This document shows, in pieces, positions 12,300 through 22,880 of a stretch of 64,000 nt of DNA. Position numbers and translations under genes: made by a program. The notes beneath the pieces were generated by a model. That model saw only the letters and a list, made by a program, of their open reading frames with translations, had not been told where the DNA came from and ran no database searches. The DNA lies in contig NC_083409.1 of the NCBI RefSeq assembly GCF_020745735.1, positions 6,499,534 through 6,563,533 on the forward strand, in the 5' to 3' direction. Source of the stretch: Hemiscyllium ocellatum (lineage: Eukaryota). The first letter of the stretch is position 1. Each line of letters starts with the position of its first letter.

Positions 12300-14235
12300 C
12301 ACCCTCTCCTCCATCCCTCTTACTGCAACTTTGTGAACATTCTTGGAATGTTTGGACATTGAAGGTGCGATGTGAATTCAGGATTTGTGTGGATTTAATG
12401 TGGGGACAGAATTGCGCATGGGCTGTGATAGCTCCTGCGGTTGAATATCCTGCTGGCAGGCTTCCGCCTTCCATATACAAAATGGGGAAGTGGTGGAGGT
12501 CGGAATGTACTGCCGGGGTACACGGCACTCTCTTCTAGCAATGTGGTTGACTCTCTAGTGTCCTCTGAAATGGCCGAGCAAGGCTCTCAGTTGTATCAAT
12601 TATGACAATGTTTCAACAAAGAAATGAGATTGGATGGACCACAGGCATCGATCTAGACACCGAAAAGACAATAACAGAAACACCCCTGTCTACCCTGCTC
12701 CATCCTCCTCACTGAAATCTGGGAGTTAGTGCCAAATTCAGGAGAGCTGTCTTACAGATGACTCAAGCAACAGCCTGACACAGTCATACTCACAGAAACA
12801 TACCTTACAGACAATGACTCACACACCACCATCACTGTCCCTCTATGTGTCCTGTCCCACCAGAAAGGCAGACCCAGCAGAGCTGATGACAAAGTGGTCT
12901 ACAGCCAGAAGGGAGTTACCTTGGGTAGTGTCAAAGTTGGCTCTGGACCCCGTGAAGACTCATGACACCAGGTTAAACATGGGTGAGGAAACCTCCTGGT
13001 GATTACAAGGTATCTTGCTCCTTCGGCTGATGAATCAGTCTCTCCTGGATGTTGAACAGCATTTGGAGGAAGCACTGAGGGTGATGACAGCAGAGAGTGC
13101 ACTCTGGGTGGTGGGTTTCAATGTCCACCACTGAGAGTGGCTCGGCAGCAGCATTACTGATCGAGCTGGTTGGTTCCTCATGGATGTAGCTGAGGGATTG
13201 ACTCTGCACCTGGAACCAAGAAGGTGGAAAAAGATCCTCACCAATCTTGTGGCTGTAGGTGCATCTATCCTTGACAGTATTGGTAAGAGTGACCATCACA
13301 TAGTCCTTGTGGAAACAAAGTCTGACATTCACATTGAGAATCCCCTCCATTGTGTTGTGTGGTACTATCACCATGCTAAATAGGACAGACTCCGAACAGA
13401 TATTGTAACTCAAGGCAAACTCTTAAATTGGGATGATTGCCAAAGATTGCACAATGCTCAGCACTCTTCTCAATTCCTCAGATACTGAAGCAGTCCACGT
13501 GCAAATGCAACAATATCTGGACAATATCCAGGTTTGTCTGAGAAGTGACATTCCCCATTGGTGCCATGCAAATGTCAGCCAATCACCATCACCAATAAGA
13601 GACAATCTAAACATCGCCCCTTGACAATCAATGCTATTACCATCATCGAATCCACACTATCAACATTCTTGAGGTACCATTGACCAGAAACACAACTTGA
13701 TTCACCAAAGAAATACAGTGGTTACAATAGCAAGTTAGAGGCTAGGAATACGGCATCTAGTAACTCACCTCCTGATCTCCCCAAAGCCTGTAAAGCAAGT
13801 CAGGAGTGTGAGCAAATACTCCCCACTTGCCTGAACAGGTTGAGCATGAAATTTTAACTCTGATTTCTCTTCACAGATGCTGCCAGAGCTGCTGGATTTT
13901 TCCAGCACTTTCTATTTATGTCTTTACAGCATCTGCAGTTCTTTTGGTTTCCCTCCAAACCCACGTTCACTTCCATTTAGAACAAGAGCAGCAGATACAT
14001 GGAAACACTGTGAGCTGCAAGTTCCCATCGAAAAAGCTTGGCATCCTAATTTGGAAATATGTCGCTGATCCCTCAGCCTTGCTGGGTTAAAATGATGGCA
14101 TTGTGGGCCAACTTACAGCTTGTGGATGGTAACAATTCAAGATGGCAGCTTCCCACCACCTACTCCATGGCAACCAGGACAGAGTATAAAGTGTTGGCCC
14201 AGCCGGTGAAGCCCACTTCCCACAAGTGAATATGC
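12300..14235 (+). mobile_element. Decayed APE/RT LINE of a second family (also at ~60600-61210)
   Basis: Endonuclease-like remnants (GNLL-I...SADES-...VE-HLEEAL...WV-GFNVHH), RT remnants and a distinct 3' end. The clade is not resolved by eye. Confidence 0.6.
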
Positions 14236-14519
14236 AAAACCAAATGAAGTGTTCCTCAGGAGGGGAGATGGAATGTTCAGGATCCAGAACTCTATTTCCC
14301 AGCCCAGGCAATTTGTCTCCCAATGAATGAATGAGATGCCAATTTGAAGCCCAGGTTCAGGGCAGTCTCACTATCTGGACATGAGGTCTGTAAGAGGGAA
14401 TTTGAGATTGAGCTGTAAAAGAAAGATTTGCTGGGTTGGGGGGGAAAGCGAGGGGAACAGTGGGATTACCTGGGTCAAATAAAGGCATAATGGGCTGAAT
14501 GGCCTCCTCCTGTGCTGTC

Positions 14520-14760
14520 AGATTCCAGGGTGTGCAGATGGTTCACAGTTTTCTCCCGTCTCAGTAACAAACATACCGCTGGTCACTTCCTCTGTTGTTG
14601 AAGTTTCAACCTTGCGATCTGACAGCCTTTGCAGTTATCTTTTACACTGGGACTTTCTGCTGTGGTCAGAATCTCTAATAATAAGTGTCTAATCAGTGAC
14701 AATCACAGTAGGTAAGAGCAGTCAGGACTGAGGAGCCAAGCTCACTGTGAAACACATTGG
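14520..14760 (+). promoter_or_regulatory. Candidate B-cell enhancer module, copy 1 (IRF half-site lost)
   Basis: E-box CAGATG 14535-14540, PU box CACTTCC 14584-14590, kB-like GGGACTTTCT 14649-14658, RUNX TGTGGT 14661-14666. Part of a block of about 1.2 kb (14260-15445) repeated at 46770-48055. Confidence 0.4.
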
Positions 14761-15170
14761 CAGGGTCAAAGTCATCCTCTTCAACTCCTGGTACAAACTC
14801 CATCCCTCTCCCTGAACACTATCTACTGCTCAACCAGACTCTTTACAACTTTGGCCTCATCTTTGGGGCTGATTTGAGGCCCAAATCCTCCACATCACTC
14901 TTATCAACCACTGAAAATCTCAACCATGATTTTGTGACTCCAATTGTGACTATTCCAATGTTATCCAGGTCCACATCACAGTCACTGACTTCAGTAAACA
15001 TCAGCTCATCCCAACCTCTGCTGTCTGTGTTCAAACTCACACCAAGTCCACCCCATACCTCTGCCCACATCTCCCCACCCCACCATAACCACCACAATCC
15101 TCACTGACTGACATAAGCTCCTGGTCCAGCAACACCTCGATTTTCAAATTCTCATCCTTGTTCTCAATCT
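14760..15170 (+). mobile_element. L2-like LINE RT C-terminal fragment within the duplicated block
   Basis: NSIPLPEHYLLLNQTLYNFGLIF-D- resembles the L2 RT tail (…NLGVIFD…). The same fragment occurs at ~47280-47460 and ~59900-60260. Confidence 0.6.
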
Positions 15171-15444
15171 GCTGTCTGTTCTTCCATCCTCCCTATCTCT
15201 GTGACCCCCTCCAAGCTGCCTCACTCAGTGTGATCAATAATTTTGGATATATGGCTCTCTGTTTCTTCATCCCAACCATTGAGAAATATCGTGAAAAGCT
15301 GAGGTCCCAGCACAGATCCCTGGGAATACCACTACTCACATCTGCCTCATTGGAACACACGCACATTATCCTTCCTCTCTGTCTCCTAGCCAGACCCATT
15401 CCTGACCCAAGGTAAATGCATTTCTCAAATTCCATCCAATTCCA

Positions 15445-15570
15445 TGATTTGGAGATGCCGGTGTTGGACTGTCATGTAAATGTTAAAACCACAGAACACC
15501 AGGTTCTAATGCAACAGGTTTGTTTGGAAGCATTAGCGTTTGGAGCGCTGCTCCTTCATCAGATGGTTGT
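15445..15570 (-). mobile_element. PLE-derived family 2 element (single arm) with degenerate hammerhead
   Basis: Minus strand: CAU-CUGAUGA-A-GGAGC[AGC]GCUCC-AAAC-GCU-A^AUG. The GAAA is mutated. Flanks match the 7604-7804 element. Confidence 0.6.
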
Positions 15571-15704
15571 TCTTTTGTGGAACATTCTTAAATGTCTCTT
15601 AGAACACCCTATAGACAATAGCCATCGACATTCCCTTATACCCCTCATTGGTGAGCTCCTAACAAAGTGTACTAGGTTATTTAAAGATGTCTGAACCTTT
15701 GTAA

Positions 15705-15925
15705 AGCTGAAAATGTGTTGCTGGAAAAGCGCAGAAGATCACGCAGCATCCAAGGAACAGGAGATTCGACGTTTCGGGCATAAGCCATTCTTCAGGTGTC
15801 CTGAAGAAGGGCTTATTCCCGAAACATCGAATCTCCTGTTCCTTGGATGCTGCCTGACATGATGCGCTTTTCCAGCAACACATTTTCAGCTCTGATCTCC
15901 AGCATCTGCAGACCTCACTTTCTCC
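15705..15925. mobile_element. PLE-derived family 1 fold-back with two divergent hammerhead-like motifs
   Basis: Near-perfect palindrome 15705-15891. Plus strand: CUGAAGA-A-GGGC[UUAU]UCCC-GAAACAUC (15801-15828). Minus strand: CUGAAGA-A-UGGC[UUAU]GCCC-GAAACGUC (15768-15795). Confidence 0.7.
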
Positions 15926-16179
15926 ACGAAGATTTGAACTTTTGTCAATCCATGCTGACTCTGTCAGACCAGTTCATAGTTGTTCGTTATTCTGTCTCTA
16001 AAAACAGACTCTATCACTTCCTGAAAACAGACATTCAATGGAGATCTTCTTTGTGACTGAGGCTCGTAAACAGCCAGCACTGACACGAGGGGCTGAACAG
16101 CCTCCTCTTGTGCTGGCACCTTCTCTGTCTCCTTGACAAAAATATTTTACAGATTAAAAACTAAAGACCAACAGCAAAT

Positions 16180-17742
16180 TTTAACTTTATTAAAATTTCA
16201 AAATATACCTTATTCATAGAAATAAATCTTTGGAACCTGTACAATTTGTAATCTCGTTCATAAATATATACATTGCATGTCTTAACATTACAATGAACAG
16301 ATTGAATTAATAAAATTTACAGTTTTCCTATTTGCAGTTCCCTTTATTAACCATCCAGTCTCTTATTATTTAGCTGTGGCTTCAGCAGAACCCACCTACT
16401 GAGTGGGTGCCCTGTTACACGATAGCAAAGGAACCTTCTTTAATCCCCAGTTAATGGGGTTCACATTGTCCATTTGACTGTCCTGTCTCTGGGGTAGCTG
16501 TCTGCATCCCCATGGTGAGCTCGAACTGCGGGACCTTCGCTGGGCTGAGGTAGCTATCCAGCTCCTCACTGGGGTCATTTACCCGGTTTGGTGTCATTGA
16601 GCCAAGCCAAGGGTCCGCACCATCCAGTTCTGTGTCTGACAATGGGACTGGCAGAGGATCACAAATTTCAGTTACCTGTAGTTGTGGGGCAGTGGGTACC
16701 CGCTGGTTCTCACTGTTGGAGGGTGGACCTCGGGGGGGTCCGCTGTTTCCTAGTTGGGAGGAAATGCCCTCCTCTTTATCTACGACGCTCTGTCTCTTCT
16801 TCTCTTGGTGGTGACCTTCTGTGCGCCTGTCTTCCCCATCCGAAGCGGTGGCTGTCTCTCTCTCATGCAGCTGTCTTTTCGACCTTTGCTGGGAGTCTTT
16901 GGGGCCTGGCAGGATTTTCTCTTCCTGTTTTTAACAGCGATCCACTCCTCTGCCATCTCGATTACCTCCTCCTCCATTGCTTCCATCTGCCCAGCTAGAG
17001 CTAGGATCAGCTGCTGTGTCTCTCCGCTGGCTGCTGCCTCCTCCACTCCAGCCTGTTCTTTTTTCTGGGTGCCACCAGTCTCCGTTTCCCTGCTGTCTGC
17101 GTGGACCTTGCTGGTCTTTGGGGTTCTACGGCTCACATTGCCACCTTCAACCATCTGTGCGTAAGTGGGTCCCCCCGTCTTGGGCAGGACTTGTACATTT
17201 GGCCCACCTCTCCGCACAGGTTGCAGCTCTTTGCTTCCTGACAGTCCTTAGTCAGGTTACCCTCTTGTTTGCCATTCCTGCAGATGGTCACCTTACAATC
17301 CGCCACCATGTGTCCCGCCTTACCGCAGGTTCGGCACACTTTTGGCTGCACTGCATATGTCAGGTAGCCTCTGCTTCCTGAAGCTCCAGGGTGAGTGAAG
17401 AATGTTCCCATTACCATCGACCTTCAGATTTCCCCTGACCTGCAGCTTACTGGTCCAGATCCCAAAGGGGTCAATCACATCGGTGGCTTCTCCATCAACT
17501 TGGATGTACATTCTCAGGAATGTCAGGACATCAGCCGCTGGAACATAGGGATTGTACATATGGATTGTAACAACCCGCCTCCTCTGTGCAGGAAGCACAC
17601 ACAATGGGATCGCCGACAAGATGAAGAATAGCAGCTCCCCTTTCTTCTCCTTGAAGACCTTCAGGAGCTGCTCACACCGCTTCACACTTTTGAAGGTCAC
17701 AGAAAAGTAGCCTGCCCCAGGGAAATCTTGCAGGCAGTACAC
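16180..17742 (-). mobile_element. Tx1-like LINE derivative: ORF1 (ZCCHC3-like, CCHC zinc knuckles) followed directly by the 3' UTR
   Basis: CRTCGKAGHMVADC / CRNGKQEGNLTKDC / CNLCGEVGQMYKSC. ORF1 stops at 16451, and the terminal motif gaataa(g/a)gtatattttgaaat matches the neighbouring Tx1 3' end. No ORF2 lies between. Confidence 0.7.
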
Positions 17743-19526
17743 TTTTTTTTTATTTCAAAAATATACTTTATTCGTAAAGTAATCATAAAAAAATTTGATG
17801 GTCTGTACATTTGGTCATGCCATACATATGTCAACATTTACATACACAGATCAGAAATTATCATTGTTATATACAGACTTGTGCACTTCTCACTCATATG
17901 CCCATATATTGAGCTGAGGCGTCATCAGAGCCCAAACGACTGCATGGGCCCCCTTTTATTCTTTCGGCAGGTAGATGTTACACGGTGGTCTTTCCCCACC
18001 GTGCCTTGGCTGCAGCTGCCCAAAGCTTCAGCGTGTCCCTCAACACGTAGTCCTGGACCTTGGAATGTGTCCGTCTGCAACACTCAGTCGGGGTCAACTC
18101 CTTCAGCTGGAAGATCATCAGGTTTCAGACCACTCAGAGAGTGTCCTTCACAGAGTTGATGATCCTCCAGGCACAGTTGATGTTCGACTCAGTTTGCGTC
18201 CCAGGGAACAGGCCGTAGAGCACAGAGTCCCATGCTGCTCGGAACGAACCTCGTCAAACACCACTGCATTCCTTTCCAGACTTCCCCTGCATAGGCACAT
18301 TCCAGAAGGAGGTGTGTGACGGTGCCTTCCCCCCCTTACCGCTTCGAGGGCTGTGTGCGGTGCGGCTGAGAGTCCGGGCGTGCATAAATTATCTCGCAGG
18401 CAGAGCCCTTCCCAACACCAGCCAAGCCATGTCTTGGTGCATGTTGGAAAGTTCTGGCGATGAGGCATTCTGCCAAATGGCTTTCACAGTCTGCTCAGGG
18501 AACCGCTCGATAGGATCCGTCCTCGCCTTTTCCCTAAGGGCCTCGAGGACACTACGTCCTGACCACTTCCTGATGGACTTGTGGTCAAAGGTGTTTTTCT
18601 TCAGAAACTTCTCCACGAAGGACAGGTGATACAGAACGGTCCAACTACTTCGAGCGTTCCGCGGCAGCGAGGCCAGGCCCATCCTTTGCAACACCGGGGA
18701 CAGGTAGAACCTCAGTACATAGTGACACTTGGTGTTTGCGTACCAGGGATCCATGCGCAGCTTCATGCAGCCACACACAGAGGTGGCCATCAGGGTGAGG
18801 GTGGCATTAAGTGTATTTTTCCCCCGTTGCCCAGATCTTTGTATAGCGAGTTCCTTCGGACCCGGTCCATCTTTGAACTCCATATAAACTGGAAGATGGC
18901 CCGGGTGACTGCAGCGGCGCAGGTTCTGCGAATAGGCCAGACCTATGCCACGTACAACAGGAATGACAGTGCCTCACACCTGATGACCAGGTTTTTTCCC
19001 GTGATGGAGAGCGACCGTAGCTTCCATCTGCCCAGTTTCTGCCTCACTTTACTGATACGCTCCTCCCAAGACTTGGCGCACGCCCCAGCACCCCCAACCC
19101 AAATACCCAGCACCTTCAGGTGGTCGGTCCTGATGATGAAGGGGATCGATGATTGGTTGGCCCAGTTCCCGAAGAGCATGGCCTCGCTCTTGCCTCTGTT
19201 TACCTTGGCTCCCGAGGTCTGTTCGAACTGGTCACAAATGCAAATGAGTCTGCGCACCCACAGTGTATCCGAGCAGAAAACGGCGACGTCATTCATGTAC
19301 CGGGAGGCCTTAACCTGCAGGCTCCCGCTGCCAGGAATAGTCACCCCTCTCAGGCAGCAACCTTCCTGATGGACTCGGCAAATAGCTCTATGCAGCACAC
19401 AAACAAGGCAGGAGAGATAGGGCAGCCCTGCCTGACTCCAGATCTGACTTGGAAGCTATCTGATTCCCACCCATTGATTGAGACTGCACTGACGATGTTG
19501 GTATAGAGCAGTCTGACCCAATTGTG
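17743..19526 (-). mobile_element. 5'-truncated Tx1-like LINE (ORF2 RT C-half, 3' UTR, poly-A)
   Basis: GVRQGCPISPALF, YMNDVAVF and FEQTSGAKVNRGKS motifs. Stop at 17978-17980, and an A9 tail at 17743-17751. Confidence 0.88.
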
Positions 19527-20224
19527 TGACAGTCTCGAGACCCTTAGGGAAAAGGAGAAGGCGGATCCTATCAAGCGGTTCCCTCAGCAGACTGTCAAAG
19601 CCATTTGGCAGAATGCCTCATCGCCAGAACTTTCCCATTTCTTTTTTCCGATTTTCTTTCCCAATTATAAGCATTTATGTTGCTCAACATTGTTTCTTGT
19701 CCACTGCATTACATTGTTCATAATATGAGCTACACTTTATCCTTTAACGTTCTGAGTCATTACAACGAGGAGAGCTGTCAAGAGCAAAATTCAATTAATC
19801 CCATTGCTCTGCTCGATCCCAACTGCTTCACTGTATTTATGGTGCATTCAATGACATCTGACTCTTGTCTGTCTTACCCTCTTACACCCACTAATGGCTT
19901 TCTCTTGAGTTCTTCCTGACAAATTGCTGTTTTTTGCAGTTTGGTGACACACTTTGGTAGACTTTTGTTCGGTCTTTGAGTGTAATTCGTTTTGTGCCTG
20001 ATCTGTAGGGGACTTCACCTTGCAATTTAAAAATGCAGGTTCACCCATGTCATGGCCGAGGCTCCAGTCTTTCAAAGAGATGAGTTCAAGCCTCACCAGT
20101 TTAATCATTTGAATTGTACGTCATTTATTTTGATTTCTCCTGGGATGGGGCAAGCTGTGATCCGTCTGCTATTTGTTGTCCTTCCCTAATTGCCCTGGAG
20201 AGGGCGGTGGTGAGCAATGTCATA

Positions 20225-22510
20225 TCGAGAACATAGAACATTACAGCGCAGTACAGGCGCTTTAACCCTCTGTGTTGCACCGACCTGTGGAACTATTCTG
20301 AAGCCCATCTATCCCACACTATTCCATTTTCATCCATATGTTTATCCTGTGTCCATTTAAATGCCCTCAGTGTTGGCGAGTCTGCTACTGTTGAAGTCTG
20401 TGCATTCCATGCCCTTCTAGTCTCTGAGTAAAGAAACTACTTCTGACATCTCTCCTATATCTATCACCCCTCAATTTAAACCTATGTCCCCTCAGCATCT
20501 GAGGAAAAAGGCTCTCACTGTCCATCTTATCTAACCTTGTGATTATCTCAGTATGTCTCAATTAAGACAACTCTCAACCTTCTTCTCTCTAATGCAAACA
20601 GCCACAAGTCCCTCATCCTTTCCTCATAAGGCCTCCCTCCATGCCAGGCAACATCCTAGTATATTTCCTCTGAACCCTTACGTTCCCACATCCTTGTTTT
20701 AATGCGGTGACAACAACTGTAGGAAATACTCCAATTGTGGCCACACCAGAGTTTTATACAGCTGCAGCATGACCTCATGACTCCTAAACCCAATCTCTCT
20801 AGCAATATAAGTTAACCCACCATAAGCCTTCTTAACCACCCTATCAAACTGGATTGCTTCTTTCAAGGATCTGTGTACATGGACACCGAGATCTCTCTGC
20901 TCATCTACACTACTAAGCACCTTACCACTAGAATAGTGCTCTTTACTCCTATTGCTCCTTCCAAAGTGAATCACATCACTTTTTTCTGCATTAAGCTCTG
21001 CATTTGCCACCTCTCAGCCCAGGTCTGCAGCTTATCCATGTCCCTGTGTAATCTGCATTATCCTTCAGCACTATCCACAACTTCACAAAACTCAGTGTCA
21101 TCCGCAAATTTGTTAAACCATCCTTCTATGCCCTCATTCAGGTCATTTATAAACATGGCAAACAGCAGTGGCCCAAAGAGATGCTTGCGTTACACCACTC
21201 GTAACCGAACTCCAGGATGAACATTATCCATCAATAACCACGCTCTGTCTTCTTTCAGCGAGCCAACTTCTGATTCAAACCGCTAAATCACCCTCAATCC
21301 CATGTCTCTGTATTTTGTGCAATAGTCTATCGTGGGGAACCTTATCAAATGCCTTACTGAAGTGCTTATACACCATATCAACCACTTTACCCTCATGCAC
21401 TTGTTTGGTCACCTTCTCAAATAACTCACTAAGGTTTGTGAGGCCCGATCTACCGTGGTGACTATCCCTAATCTATTTATCCCTTTCTAGATGATTATAA
21501 ATCCTATCTCTTCTAAACTTTTCCAACACTTTACCCACAACCGAAGTAAGGCTCACTGTTTGAAAATACCAGGGTATGTCTCTACTCCCCTTGTTAAACA
21601 AGGGATCAACATTTTCTATTCTCCAGTTTTCTGGCACGATTCCTACAGACAATGACAACATAAACATCAAAGGTAAGGTCTCTGTAATCTCCTGGCTTCC
21701 CAGAGAATCCCAGGATAAATCCCATCCAGAATTGCTAGCACCTCCTCCTTGTGAATGTCAATCCCATCAGTCTAGTATCCTGTATCTCAGTATTCTCATT
21801 GACAACTGTCTTTTTCCAGTGCGAATACTGAGGAAAAATATTCATCAGCACTTCCCCATCTCTTTGCACTCCATGTACAACTTTCTACTACTCTCTTTGA
21901 TTGGCCCTAATTTTTCTTCAGTCATTCTTTTATTCCCGGTGTACCCTATACAAAGCTTTTGCATTATCTTTAATCCTATCCACCAACAACATCTCATATC
22001 CCTTCCTGGCTGTTCCTAGCTCTCTTTTGGATCTTTCCTGCTAACTTGTAACTCTCAAGCACTCTAACTGAGCCTTCAGGTCTCATCCTAACCTAGCCTC
22101 CTTCTTCCTCTTGACAAAAGATTCAACTTCTTTCGTAAACCACAGCTCCCTTGCTCGAACACTTGCTCCCTGCCTGACAGGTACACACTTATCAAGTACA
22201 TGCAGTCGCTGTTCCTTGAATAAGCTCCACATTTCCGTTGTGCCCATCCCCTGCCCCCAACCTATTCATCTTAAATCTTGCCTAATTGCATCATAGAAGC
22301 CTTTCTTCCACCAATAACCTTTGCCCTGCAGTATATATCTATCTCTTACCATTGCTCAAGTAAACAAAACCAAATTGTGGTCACTATCATCAAAAAGCTC
22401 ACCTACCTCCAAATCTAACAGCTGGCCAGTTTCATTAACCAGCACAAAACCCAACGTGGCCTTCCCATTTTGGGAAGGAAGGTGCTGGGATGGGTACAAA
22501 CAAAGACCAT
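20225..22510 (-). mobile_element. Decayed CR1 LINE
   Basis: RT and C-terminal fragments in ORFs 21473..21670 and 20699..21010 (…YKTLVWPQLEY…). Confidence 0.85.
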
Positions 22511-22810
22511 GAAACTCAATGTCATGTTCACAAATGTGCTTTAGGCAAGGGATCCCAATCATCATCCGGCCTGTGACTCCAATCCCGCAGTGACATGATT
22601 CATTCTTAACAGCCCCATGAACTCCCTTAGCAAAGAACTCACTCTGAGCAGCTGGAGGTGGCAAAAAATATGAGGCTTGTCAATGACATTAATGCCCTGA
22701 GAATGAATAATGCGGCTCTGTGCTGTCTGTCTTTTAGCTTCCGGTCCACCACGTTCTCCCTGTTATGAGTCTCTAATCCTCTCACATTAATTCATTAGAT
22801 GATGGCAATA

Positions 22811-22880
22811 TGTGGGCGGCACGGTGGCATAGTATTCAATTCCCAACTCAGGCTACTCTCTGCGTGGAGTTTGCACAGGG
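22811..22880 (+). mobile_element. Internally deleted HE1/V-SINE fragment
   Basis: gtgggcggcacggtggca...ttcaattccc...gtggagtttgcac matches the full copy at 33562. Confidence 0.6.

Noticed and set aside
13020-13045. CTGATGA (also at 9962, 12883, 28506 and 58024) as further hammerhead cores
   Set aside because: No stem II or GAAA follows; these are mostly LINE coding sequence.
18581-19369. Longest ORF in the track (262 aa, plus strand)
   Set aside because: Antisense shadow of the Tx1 ORF2.
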